This document shows positions 1-8,857 of a stretch of DNA of 64,000 nucleotides, piece after piece (position 1 is the stretch's first letter; each line of letters begins with the position of its first letter). The stretch is from an uncultured Alphaproteobacteria bacterium (GTDB lineage Bacteria > Pseudomonadota > Alphaproteobacteria > HIMB59 > GCA-002718135): the NCBI GenBank assembly GCA_902538155.1, contig CACBDX010000001.1:19301-83300 (forward strand). The letters run 5' to 3'. The notes below the pieces were generated by a model that was not told the DNA's origin, did no database searches, and saw only the letters and a program-made list of their open reading frames with translations. A program made the translations under genes and the position numbers.

Positions 1-1040
1 TTGCTAACTAAATAGTTTTTATAATAGTTTGATACCTCAATATTTAAACTTTCTTTAAGATCCTCTAACTCAATTTCAGTTTGTAAAATTTGAGAATTTA
101 TTTTTCTAATATCTGATTTGTCAATATTTTGCTGAAATATAGGAATTGTTAAAGTTAAGCCTATTGATGAATTAGTATTTTCACTCCCAGCATCTATTCG
201 TGAACCATCCGAATACTCAGTTGAAGCTGTTATATCTAAATTAGGTCTATTAGAGCTTTTTTCTTTTGAAAGATCTAGTTCTTTAATTTTAATATTGTTT
301 TGAGCAATTAAAATATTGAAATTATTCTTATAAACTTCAGATAGTATGTCTTCAAAATTTATATCATCTTCTATATTTACATAATCTTCTAAATTTATAG
401 CTTCTTTACCAACAATTGATTTAAATGTTTTTAAACTAACTTTATAATTTTGTTCAGCTGAAAAAAGATTTGTTTCTGCTATTGAAAAAGCACTCTCAGC
501 ATTTTTTAGTTCTGTTATAGTTGCTGATCCTAAATCATATTTTAATCTTACTTCTTCTAAAAATCTAGAAACAGAATCAAAGTTCTTTCTAGAAGCTTCT
601 AATGATTTTTCATAATTTATAACTGTTAAATAACCATCTACAGCTGTTAGAGATAGATCTTGCACTGTATTATAAAAATTTATTACTGCGTTTTCATAAA
701 TAAGTTTAGATCTTTCAATTTCTAAATTTTTTTCACCTCCATCATAAAGATTTTGAGTAATGCTGATTTTATACTTATCTGTAAAAGTTTCTGGCGTTGT
801 TTCTACACCTAACGAAGATGTAGTCTCATTATTACTATATGAACCAGTAACAGTACCTGTAACAGTTGGAAGTTTTTTACCTATAGCTACCTCAATAGTT
901 TCTTTGCTTTCATTGAGTTTTTCAAAAGCAATTTTTACCTTCAAATTATTCGCAATCGTACTTTTTACAGAATCATCAAGAGATAATGCAAATATAGATT
1001 TAGAATAAACAAGTAATAAAAATAATATAAATAATCTCAT
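1..1040 (-). CDS. tolC: TolC-family outer membrane channel protein, N-terminal part (C-terminus runs off the left window edge)
   Basis: Absent from the ORF track because it is open at the window edge. My minus-strand translation from the ATG at 1040-1038 gives MRLFILFLLLVYSKSIFALSLDDSVKSTIANNLKVKIAFEKLNESKE.., a signal peptide followed by TolC/OMF-like helical repeats. It sits directly downstream of a pcm-like gene, as in other alphaproteobacteria. Confidence 0.7.
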   Translation of the reverse strand, partial: MRLFILFLLLVYSKSIFALSLDDSVKSTIANNLKVKIAFEKLNESKETIEVAIGKKLPTVTGTVTGSYSNNETTSSLGVETTPETFTDKYKISITQNLYDGGEKNLEIERSKLIYENAVINFYNTVQDLSLTAVDGYLTVINYEKSLEASRKNFDSVSRFLEEVRLKYDLGSATITELKNAESAFSIAETNLFSAEQNYKVSLKTFKSIVGKEAINLEDYVNIEDDINFEDILSEVYKNNFNILIAQNNIKIKELDLSKEKSSNRPNLDITASTEYSDGSRIDAGSENTNSSIGLTLTIPIFQQNIDKSDIRKINSQILQTEIELEDLKESLNIEVSNYYKNYLVS

Positions 1041-1700
1041 TTAAAATTTAAAATCCTCTTGTTGGTCTTGAATTTGATAACTACTCATTACATCAAATAA
1101 ATACTCAGATGAATATAAATCTTCATTTCTTATAATTTTATAAGCTTTACCCAAATTATGATATATTTTTTTAATATATATTAACCTTCCCCCATTCATT
1201 GCTAGCTGTTTCATTAACCTATCAGTTATTTTAAATATTGGTCCATCAATAATAATTAAGTTAAATGGAGCATTATCAGACAATCCATCTAATAAATTAT
1301 GATTAAATAAACTAATATTAGTATTATCATTATTATTAATATTTTTTTCTAATAATTTAAATAGTTCTCTATTTTCTTCTACAACATGAAGTTCTTTACA
1401 TAGTGAGCTAATTAGGGCAGAAAAGTAGCCCGTTAAGCCACCTATATGTAATACCTTATCATTAGGTAAAATTTTTGAATATTTTATAATTTGAGCCAGG
1501 TGTAAATTTTTAAGATATCCTCTTTTATCAGTTATATCTAAATTATTATCTAGGTAACAATTCTTACCTAAGCTGACATCTAAATAATTTTCTTTAGGAG
1601 TATTTTCAAATATCTGTAAGATGTTTTCTTCATTAATTTTGTTTGGTCTCAACTGATTAACAACCATATTTTTTCTTGCAATTTCAAATGTTTCACTCAT
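1041..1700 (-). CDS. pcm: protein-L-isoaspartate O-methyltransferase family protein
   Basis: 219 aa. Has a SAM-binding-like stretch VLHIGGLTGYFSALIS. Its stop abuts the tolC start (1041/1040). Confidence 0.65.
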   Translation of the reverse strand: MSETFEIARKNMVVNQLRPNKINEENILQIFENTPKENYLDVSLGKNCYLDNNLDITDKRGYLKNLHLAQIIKYSKILPNDKVLHIGGLTGYFSALISSLCKELHVVEENRELFKLLEKNINNNDNTNISLFNHNLLDGLSDNAPFNLIIIDGPIFKITDRLMKQLAMNGGRLIYIKKIYHNLGKAYKIIRNEDLYSSEYLFDVMSSYQIQDQQEDFKF

Positions 1701-1824
1701 TTCTTAAAGGATGCTTTATATAAACCTATTATATAATCAATTATTTAAATTATATTATTAATCTTTAGAATTTTTTTTCATTAATTGACTAGAAATAATA
1801 TAGTGATAATTGTCATTTTTTTTA

Positions 1825-1898
1825 GGCTCGGTGGCAGAGTGGTGATGTAGGGGCCTGCAAAGCCTTGCACAGCGGTTCGATTCCGCTCCGAGCCTCCA
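1825..1898 (+). tRNA. tRNA-Cys (GCA)
   Basis: Acceptor GGCTCGG/CCGAGCC, anticodon loop CTGCAAA, T-loop GGTTCGATTCC, encoded CCA. Folded by eye. Confidence 0.85.
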
Positions 1899-1945
1899 AA
1901 TTTTTCTTGTTTTTTAATTTTTTTTTATTATCAACAAAATTGTGT

Positions 1946-2020
1946 TCCTCGGTAGCTCAGTGGTAGAGCAATCGGCTGTTAACCGATCGGTCGCTGGTTC
2001 GAGCCCGGCCCGGGGAGCCA
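1946..2020 (+). tRNA. tRNA-Asn (GTT)
   Basis: TCCTCGGTAGCTCAGTGGTAGAGCA.., anticodon loop CTGTTAA, T-arm GCTGG-TTCGAGC-CCGGC, encoded CCA. Confidence 0.9.
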
Positions 2021-2026
2021 TTTTAT

Positions 2027-3331
2027 CTAAGCCTTAACTTCCACCAATTCTTCAAAGCGTGTTGTGTAACATGGGGATACGTTTTCTCTTTTCATCTTCC
2101 ATATTTTTTCTATACCTTCAGAAGCTATCTTTAAGGTTGAACTTCCATATCTAGAATTAATATTATCAATAGTATTCATTATTCTATCTGATACATCACG
2201 GTCATAATCAAGTAATCCTCTAGTTACATTTTGTCTGCTAAGGCCGTATAATATAATGCCAGCTTTTTTATAACGAAATCCTGGTCGATATATTTTTCTA
2301 ATTCCTTCAAGAGCTCTTTTTACAATTTTTATGCTATTATTTGTTGGAAAAGGTAAGTGAAGTTTTATTGAATTTGAATATTGTTTCTCTCTTCTATTAA
2401 AATGATTAGTTAAAACAAAAACACTCATTGATTCAGCTACTAACCCTTCTTCCCTTATCTTCTCTGATACTCTTGATCCATAAGTTGATATTGATTCCTC
2501 CAAATCAAATAATTTTTCTATTGGCTGACTAAATGATCTTGAAACACAACAACTTTGTTTATCACTTGGAACCAAATCAAGTTCTAAACACGATACACTA
2601 TTTAATTCTAGGTATGTCTTCTCTCCCACTACACCCATATTTTTTCTTATCCATCCTCTGTCCATTTGTGAAAATTGATAAGCATTATGAATATTATATT
2701 TTTTTAGGAAAAGAGATAATCTTCTTCCAATGCCCCATACTTCTTCAATAGATGTGAATTCTAATGCTTTTTTTATTTCTATTTTGTTTTTTAGTATGCA
2801 CACACCTTTATAGTCTGATTGTTTTTTTGCTAGATGATTAGCTATTTTTGATAGTGTTTTTGTTGGCCCCACTCCAATACTAACTGGAATACCAACCCAC
2901 CTCTTAATTGTTTGCCTAATATGTCTGCAATAAGTGTTTAGCTCATAGTTCTCAAAACCATTTAAACCAAGAAATGCTTCATCTATAGAGTAGATTTCTA
3001 CCTCCGAAGAGAAACTTGATAATGTCTCCATTACTCTCTGAGAAATATCACCATACAAAGAATAATTAGATGAAAAAACTCTAACATCATTTTTTTCAAT
3101 AATATTTTTTGCTTTAAAATAAGGTTCACCCATTTTTATCCCTAATTTTTTTGCTTCTTTTGATCGTGCAATGATACAACCATCATTATTGGAAAGTACG
3201 ACAATTGGTTTTCCTATAAGTTTGGGGTTAAATATTCTTTCACATGATGCATAAAAATTGTTACAGTCTATTAAGGCTATAGATTGATTTACTGAGCTAT
3301 GATTTCTATTAAGTAGTTTTGTGTATGACAT
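2027..3331 (-). CDS. umuC: Y-family translesion DNA polymerase V catalytic subunit UmuC
   Basis: 434 aa. N-terminus IALIDCNNFYASCERIFNPKL..PIVVLSNNDGCIIARS is a typical UmuC/DinB palm. Overlaps umuD by 23 nt. Confidence 0.9.
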   Translation of the reverse strand: MSYTKLLNRNHSSVNQSIALIDCNNFYASCERIFNPKLIGKPIVVLSNNDGCIIARSKEAKKLGIKMGEPYFKAKNIIEKNDVRVFSSNYSLYGDISQRVMETLSSFSSEVEIYSIDEAFLGLNGFENYELNTYCRHIRQTIKRWVGIPVSIGVGPTKTLSKIANHLAKKQSDYKGVCILKNKIEIKKALEFTSIEEVWGIGRRLSLFLKKYNIHNAYQFSQMDRGWIRKNMGVVGEKTYLELNSVSCLELDLVPSDKQSCCVSRSFSQPIEKLFDLEESISTYGSRVSEKIREEGLVAESMSVFVLTNHFNRREKQYSNSIKLHLPFPTNNSIKIVKRALEGIRKIYRPGFRYKKAGIILYGLSRQNVTRGLLDYDRDVSDRIMNTIDNINSRYGSSTLKIASEGIEKIWKMKRENVSPCYTTRFEELVEVKA

Positions 3332-3746
3332 ATGTCACTACCCCCCATATAAAACACTCCATTTCTTCTTTAACTTGAATACTAGGATACTCACTATTGG
3401 CAGAAATTAAAAATAGTGACTGATCTTTCTTTTTTAGTTTTTTAACTGTTAGGTCACCAAAAATGGAGGCTATAACAATATTGTCATTACGAGGTGTAAT
3501 ACTTCTATCAACAATAAGTAGATCACCTGATAATATGCCTGCATCGGTCATAGAAGGGCCATTAGCTTTAACGATATAGGTTGCTGTTGGGCGTTGAACC
3601 AAATATTCATTAAGATCAAGTTTGTTTTCCATGTAATCAGTAGCTGGAGATGGAAAACCTGCAGATACTGTATCAAGAAAATAAGGTGTTATTTGATCTC
3701 CTTTGGATTCAGCTTTAAATATTAAGTTTTCTATTTTTTTAGACAT
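3309..3746 (-). CDS. umuD: UmuD, LexA-like S24 self-cleaving peptidase subunit of Pol V
   Basis: 145 aa. Has the Ala-Gly cleavage site in VSAGFPSPA, Ser nucleophile in NGPSM and Lys in LTVKKL. Confidence 0.9.
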   Translation of the reverse strand: MSKKIENLIFKAESKGDQITPYFLDTVSAGFPSPATDYMENKLDLNEYLVQRPTATYIVKANGPSMTDAGILSGDLLIVDRSITPRNDNIVIASIFGDLTVKKLKKKDQSLFLISANSEYPSIQVKEEMECFIWGVVTYVIHKTT

Positions 3747-3808
3747 AATATTAGAAAAAATATTTAAATAATTGATAAATAATAATTATATTATCTATAA
3801 AATTATTT

Positions 3809-3823
3809 GTTCTACTTTTGTTC
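3809..3823. promoter_or_regulatory. LexA operator (alphaproteobacterial SOS box GTTC-N7-GTTC)
   Basis: GTTCTACTTTTGTTC is an exact match to the direct-repeat consensus, 63 nt upstream of the umuD ATG. On the minus strand its proximal half-site overlaps a TAGAAC(-35)-N18-TATAAT(-10, 3785-3790) arrangement. Confidence 0.7.
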
Positions 3824-3885
3824 TAATCTATTCAGAATGACAAAAAAGTCAATATAATATTTTTAAAATACTGTTAAAAAACGCT

Positions 3886-4587
3886 ATGACAAAATTATTC
3901 GAAGATGATGCATACATTAAAGAATTTAAAGCAAAAATTATAGGCATAATAAAAGAAGAAAATCGTATTGAATTAGATAAGACAGCATTTTATGCAAAAA
4001 GTGGTGGTCAACCTGGAGATACAGGCGCGATAGAAGCTGAAAGTACAAAAGTACAAGTTTTAGATACTATTAAAGATAATAATAAAATCATAAATATTGT
4101 AGATGATCTCAAAGACCTTGAAGAGAATGTTGACATAGTTGGAAAAATAAATTGGGATTTACGATACAAGCATATGAGAATGCATACTGCACTGCACTTA
4201 TTGTGTTCTATAGTCCCTTTAGGAGTAACTGGCGGTCAAATTGGTTATGAAAAAAGTCGATTAGATTTTAATGATCCAGATAAACAAATAAACAAAGAAG
4301 AATTAGAAGAAAAAATAAATTTGTTAGTTGAAGATAATCATACTGTTACTAGTGAAGTAATTGAAAGTAGTATATTGGAAGAAAAACCTGAGCTAGTTAG
4401 AACAATGTCAGTAAAACCTCCTCAAGTAGATGGTAAAATAAGATTGATTAGAATTGGCGATGTTGACTTACAACCATGTGGTGGTACACATGTGAAATCG
4501 ACTAATGAGATTGGTAAAATTCAAATCGGCAAAATAGAAAACAAAGGTAAAATGAATAGAAGAGTTAATTTATTATTATCTTCTTAA
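3886..4587 (+). CDS. alaX: AlaX-type alanyl-tRNA editing protein (Thr/Ala-tRNA synthetase second additional domain)
   Basis: 233 aa. Has the zinc motifs HTALHLL (HxxxH) and CGGTHV (CxxxH). Confidence 0.8.
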   Translation: MTKLFEDDAYIKEFKAKIIGIIKEENRIELDKTAFYAKSGGQPGDTGAIEAESTKVQVLDTIKDNNKIINIVDDLKDLEENVDIVGKINWDLRYKHMRMHTALHLLCSIVPLGVTGGQIGYEKSRLDFNDPDKQINKEELEEKINLLVEDNHTVTSEVIESSILEEKPELVRTMSVKPPQVDGKIRLIRIGDVDLQPCGGTHVKSTNEIGKIQIGKIENKGKMNRRVNLLLSS

Positions 4588-4588
4588 A

Positions 4589-5332
4589 TTACTGATGAAG
4601 AATCTGACTTAAAAATAACTTTGTACGATCACTCTCTGGATTATTAAAAAATTTATCTGGGCTAGCTTCCTCAACAATCTTACCTTCATCCATAAACACC
4701 ATTCTATCAGCAACTGTTTTAGCAAAACCCATTTCGTGAGTAACAACAATCATAGTCATTCCACCATTTGCCAAGTCAACCATAACATCTAAAACTTCTT
4801 TAATCATTTCAGGATCTAGAGCTGAAGTTGGTTCATCAAAAAGCATGATGTTCGGATTCATTGCAAGAGATCTAGCAATTGCAACTCTTTGTTGTTGACC
4901 ACCAGATAATTGACCAGGATACTTATTGGCTTGTTCAGGAATTTTTACTATTTCTAACTGTCTCATAGCCAGTTCCTCTGCTTCTGCCTTTGGCATTTTT
5001 TTAACCCAAATTGGAGCTAGTGTTATATTTTCTTTTACAGATAAATGAGGGAATAAATTAAATTGCTGGAATACCATTCCAACTTCTTTTCTAACATTAT
5101 CAATATTTTTTAAATTTCCTGTTAACTCAATTCCATCAACAACAATTGAACCTTCTTGGTGCTCTTCCAATCTATTAATACATCTGATCATTGTAGATTT
5201 ACCAGAACCAGAGGGGCCACAAACTACAATTCTTTCTTTCTTCTTAACTTCAAGATTTACATCTTGTAATACATGAAAATCTCCAAACCATTTGTTGACA
5301 TTTTTTAATGAAATTATTGATTCTTCACTCAT
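4589..5332 (-). CDS. aapP: general L-amino acid ABC transporter ATP-binding protein
   Basis: 247 aa. Walker [10 protein letters not shown], signature [13 protein letters not shown], Walker [13 protein letters not shown]. Confidence 0.9.
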   Translation of the reverse strand: MSEESIISLKNVNKWFGDFHVLQDVNLEVKKKERIVVCGPSGSGKSTMIRCINRLEEHQEGSIVVDGIELTGNLKNIDNVRKEVGMVFQQFNLFPHLSVKENITLAPIWVKKMPKAEAEELAMRQLEIVKIPEQANKYPGQLSGGQQQRVAIARSLAMNPNIMLFDEPTSALDPEMIKEVLDVMVDLANGGMTMIVVTHEMGFAKTVADRMVFMDEGKIVEEASPDKFFNNPESDRTKLFLSQILHQ

Positions 5333-5333
5333 T

Positions 5334-6467
5334 TTAATCAGCCCCCATATTAATACCTGTTTTTAATTTCTTTTCCAAATACAAACTGTATCTAGACATT
5401 CCAAATGTGAATATAAAAAATACCAAACTAACGAAAAAGTAAATTTCATAAGATAAACCTAACCAATTAGTATCCGCTAAAGTACCTCTCCCAATACCTA
5501 ATAAATCTAATATTCCTACAATTATAACTAAAGTTGTGTCCTTAAATAAACCTATAGATGTATTGACAATTGGTGGTATAGAAATTCTAATAGCTTGAGG
5601 AAGTATTATTAATAAATTCATTCTCCAATAAGACATCCCAAGTGATTTAGCAGCTTCATATTGACCAGGAGGTATTGCCTGCAGCCCTCCTCTTATAACC
5701 TCTGCCATATAAGCAGATTGAAATAAAGTAACTGCAACAAGTACCCTTACCAAACCATCCATATCTATTCCTTCAGGTAAAAATAGAGGAAGCATTACCA
5801 TTCCAAAGAATAATAAAGTTATAAGAGGAACACCTCTAATAAACTCAATAAATAATGTGCACATCATGCTTATAACTGGCAATTTAGATCTTCGGCCTAA
5901 AGCCAACATAATTCCAATAGGAAAAGCTAATGCAATTCCAGTACAACCCAACACAAGTGTTACTAGAAGACCACCCCATTTGTTAGTAGAGACTTCAGTA
6001 AATCCCAATCCACCATTAAGTAAAAAATAAGCAATAACAGGAAAAATGTATGTAAAATATAAGAAGTATTTTCTATATGGAAGTTTTGTATACAAAAGAG
6101 GTAGCAGCGCAAAAGCTAGCATAATATACGCTAAATTAACTCTCCAAACCTCAACCTTTGGATAAAATCCATAAATAAATTGATAAAACCTTACATATAT
6201 AACTGCCCAACAAGCTCCCCCATTTTCAGGATCTAAATTTCGTGAACACATTTCTTGGTTAGTAATTTGTTCACCAAGATAATTATATTTAAAATCAGCT
6301 GAAAATATTGTCCAATCTAAAATCCAAGGAATAAACTGATACAAACAATAAACAACAAATAGAGTTATTAATGAGTTTGTCCAATTGAAGAATAAATTAA
6401 TTCGTAACCAACCAATAATACCTGTTGTTGCTACTGGTGGTTTTCTAACTTCATTCATTTCGCTCAT
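5334..6467 (-). CDS. aapM: general L-amino acid ABC transporter permease
   Basis: 377 aa polytopic protein of the polar amino-acid permease type ([13 protein letters not shown]). Sits in the aapJQMP order. Confidence 0.85.
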   Translation of the reverse strand: MSEMNEVRKPPVATTGIIGWLRINLFFNWTNSLITLFVVYCLYQFIPWILDWTIFSADFKYNYLGEQITNQEMCSRNLDPENGGACWAVIYVRFYQFIYGFYPKVEVWRVNLAYIMLAFALLPLLYTKLPYRKYFLYFTYIFPVIAYFLLNGGLGFTEVSTNKWGGLLVTLVLGCTGIALAFPIGIMLALGRRSKLPVISMMCTLFIEFIRGVPLITLLFFGMVMLPLFLPEGIDMDGLVRVLVAVTLFQSAYMAEVIRGGLQAIPPGQYEAAKSLGMSYWRMNLLIILPQAIRISIPPIVNTSIGLFKDTTLVIIVGILDLLGIGRGTLADTNWLGLSYEIYFFVSLVFFIFTFGMSRYSLYLEKKLKTGINMGAD

Positions 6468-7630
6468 TACTTTTCCTTAAATTGTATACTTCTGTTATAA
6501 ATGTTCATAAAAAAAGATATTGTAAGACTAATTGACAAATAAGTTGCCATAACAATAGCCATACATTCAATAGCTTGACCAGTTTGATTTAAACTTATTC
6601 CTCCAAAACCGTGAACAAGGTCAGCATATCCGACAGCAATTCCTAAAGAAGAATTTTTAGTTAAATTTAGATACTGACTTGTTAGAGGAGGTACAATCAC
6701 TCTAAGAGCTTGGGGTATAATGATTAGTCTCATTATCCATGTTTGTTTTAAGCCTATAGCAGCTGAAGCCTCTCTTTGTCCTTTTGAAACAGACATTATA
6801 CCCGCTCTAACAATTTCAGAAATGAAGGCTGCAGTGTAAATTGATAAAGCTAAAAACATTGCTATAAATTCAGGTCTAATAACTAGACCGCCTTTAAAGT
6901 TAAAACCTTTTAATTCTGGATGCTCAAAAGACAAAGGTGAGCCAAGAATAAAAAATAAAATTAATGGAACAATGAATATTAATCCAATTGAACTTGAGAA
7001 TACAGGGAATTGTTGGCCTGTCTTATCTTGTCTTTTTTTTGCCCATCTATTTATTAAGAAACTTGAAATTAAAGCTAATACAATTGCAATGGACACATAT
7101 GAAAATCCACTTTCAAATATTGGTCTTGGAGAATACAATCCTCTGTTTGAAATGTAAAATACATCAAGAACTTGAAGTGATTGCTTTACACGAGGTAGTT
7201 GAATTAAAATACTATACCATAAAATTATTTGAAGAAGTAAAGGAACATTTCTTGAAAATTCAACGTAAATATAAACTAGTCGACTTAACAACCAATTTGA
7301 AGATAGCCTTACTATACCCAATATAAAGCCTAAAATTGTTGCAGCTATACATCCTGTAACAGAAACTAAAAGAGTATTTAAAACACCAACAAAATAAACT
7401 TTTAAGTGAGTATCAGTAGATTTAAATTCTAAAAAAGGTGAAAAACTTATATCAAAGCCAGCTGGATTTTGAAGAAAACTCCAACCAGTCGCAATATTTC
7501 TTTTTTCTAAGTTGTAAGAAGTTGTAGTAATTACAAAGAACAAACCTAAGGCAAATAAACCTACAACTAAAGTTTGAAAAAAAATGGATCTAAATTTTTC
7601 ATCAGAAAAGAAACCTAAGTTAGATCGCAT
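6467..7630 (-). CDS. aapQ: general L-amino acid ABC transporter permease
   Basis: Polytopic protein with EAA-loop REASAAIGLK..IIIPQALR. The ORF track starts at TTG 7645; I prefer ATG 7630 (MRSNLGFF..), which clears the upstream terminator. Confidence 0.85.
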   Translation of the reverse strand: MRSNLGFFSDEKFRSIFFQTLVVGLFALGLFFVITTTSYNLEKRNIATGWSFLQNPAGFDISFSPFLEFKSTDTHLKVYFVGVLNTLLVSVTGCIAATILGFILGIVRLSSNWLLSRLVYIYVEFSRNVPLLLQIILWYSILIQLPRVKQSLQVLDVFYISNRGLYSPRPIFESGFSYVSIAIVLALISSFLINRWAKKRQDKTGQQFPVFSSSIGLIFIVPLILFFILGSPLSFEHPELKGFNFKGGLVIRPEFIAMFLALSIYTAAFISEIVRAGIMSVSKGQREASAAIGLKQTWIMRLIIIPQALRVIVPPLTSQYLNLTKNSSLGIAVGYADLVHGFGGISLNQTGQAIECMAIVMATYLSISLTISFFMNIYNRSIQFKEK

Positions 7631-7642
7631 TGCTAGTATATA

Positions 7643-7672
7643 CAAAAAAAATGGGGGGTTTAAAACCCCCCG
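7643..7672 (-). terminator. intrinsic terminator/attenuator between aapJ and aapQ
   Basis: Minus-strand RNA reads GGGGGG-UUUUAAA-CCCCCC followed by AUUUUUUUU. It lies between the aapJ stop (7692) and the aapQ start. Confidence 0.8.
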
Positions 7673-7691
7673 TTTTAAATTTAATTAAGAT

Positions 7692-8696
7692 TTATCTGAA
7701 TGGAGGTGCGTATAAAATACCACCTTGAGTCCATAGAGCATTTAAACCTCTTGCAATTTCTAGAGGTGTGTCTGGACCTACGTTTGCTTCGTAAGATTCA
7801 GAGTAGTTACCAATTTGTTTGATAATTTGGTAAGCCCAATCATTACTTAGCTCAAGCATTTCTCCATAGTTACCTTCAACACCAAGAAGTCTTAGTACTT
7901 CAGGAACATTAGAGCTCATTTGAGCATCAACGTTTTCAGATGTAATACCTAGTTCTTCAGCAATAATCATTGCATTTAAAGACCAACGAACTACGTCACC
8001 CCACTGGTGATCACCATGTCTTACAAGTGGACCAAGTGGTTCTTTTGAAATAATTTCTGGTAATACAACCCATTTATCTGGATTAGAAGCAGCAGCTCTT
8101 GTTGAAGAAAGACCTGAAGCATCAGTTGTGTATACGTCACATCTTCCAGCAAATAAGTTTTCTTTACCTTCATCATTAGTTTCAATTGGAAGTGCTTCGT
8201 AGCTAATTCCATTTAATCTAAAGAAGTCAGCAAGGTTTAACTCTGTAGTAGTACCTGTTTGGATACATACAGTAGCACCATCAAGCTCAGTTGCACTTGA
8301 TACACCAAGAGCAGATGGAACCATGAAACCTTGTCCATCGTAGAAGTTAACACCTACGAACTCAAAACCAAGATTAACATCACGGCTAATTGTCCAAGTT
8401 GTATTTCTCGCTAACATATCAACTTCACCTGAAGCTAATGTTGGGAAACGAGATTTACCTGTTGTAGTAATAAATTCTACTTTTGAACGGTCTCCAAAAA
8501 CAGCTACAGCAACTGCACGACACATATCTGCATCTAGACCAGCCCATTCACCGCTATCATCTGGAGCAGCAAAACCAGCAAGACCAGTTGTTACTCCACA
8601 TTTTAGAAAACCTCTATTTTTAACATCATCAAGAGTTCCAGCATGTGCTGAAAAAGCAAATGCTACAACTGCAAAGATAGATAATAGTTTTTTCAT
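7692..8696 (-). CDS. aapJ: general L-amino acid ABC transporter periplasmic substrate-binding protein
   Basis: 334 aa. Signal peptide MKKLLSIFAVVAFAFSAHA, GGAG Shine-Dalgarno 8 nt upstream, and noticeably higher GC than neighbouring genes. Confidence 0.85.
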   Translation of the reverse strand: MKKLLSIFAVVAFAFSAHAGTLDDVKNRGFLKCGVTTGLAGFAAPDDSGEWAGLDADMCRAVAVAVFGDRSKVEFITTTGKSRFPTLASGEVDMLARNTTWTISRDVNLGFEFVGVNFYDGQGFMVPSALGVSSATELDGATVCIQTGTTTELNLADFFRLNGISYEALPIETNDEGKENLFAGRCDVYTTDASGLSSTRAAASNPDKWVVLPEIISKEPLGPLVRHGDHQWGDVVRWSLNAMIIAEELGITSENVDAQMSSNVPEVLRLLGVEGNYGEMLELSNDWAYQIIKQIGNYSESYEANVGPDTPLEIARGLNALWTQGGILYAPPFR

Positions 8697-8787
8697 ATTA
8701 TTTTCTCCGTTTAAATAATTATTTAAATATCTTTTTTCAAAGATTGCTTCCCTATAACAAATTAATAAGTTAATCCCAATAATAGAT

Positions 8788-8816
8788 TTGTTAAGCTTAA
8801 ATTCGCCTACTATAAT
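8788..8816 (+). promoter_or_regulatory. candidate sigma-70 promoter for metC (TTGTTA-N17-TATAAT)
   Basis: -35 TTGTTA at 8788-8793, a 17-nt spacer, and -10 TATAAT at 8811-8816. Chance TATAAT is common in AT-rich DNA. Confidence 0.35.
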
Positions 8817-8857
8817 TTGTGTATAAAGATTTTGGCTTATACAATATTTAGTTGTTT

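Noticed and set aside
760-1008. 82-aa plus-strand ORF from the ORF track
   Set aside because: It lies entirely antisense to the TolC-family gene, which I could translate continuously from 1040 to the window edge. It has no start context and its composition is low-complexity, so it is a shadow ORF.
2020-3885. umuDC as a tRNA-Asn-integrated mobile island
   Set aside because: I looked in the 3747-3885 spacer for a direct repeat of the tRNA-Asn 3' end (GGTTCGAGCCCGGCCCGGGGAGCCA) and found nothing similar, and no integrase is present. Proximity to the tRNAs alone is not evidence of mobility, so I kept only the weaker variable-locus question as a finding.
6972-7326. Two overlapping plus-strand ORFs (61 and 112 aa)
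   Set aside because: They are antisense to the aapQ permease gene, and I recognise no protein pattern in them.
8697-8857. Possible SAM-II/SAM-V-type riboswitch upstream of metC
   Set aside because: The elements I noticed (AAGCTT and GATTTTGGCTT) are in the wrong order to form the H-type pseudoknot. I also cannot reproduce the consensus from memory with confidence. I downgraded this to a plain leader hairpin pending a covariance-model scan.
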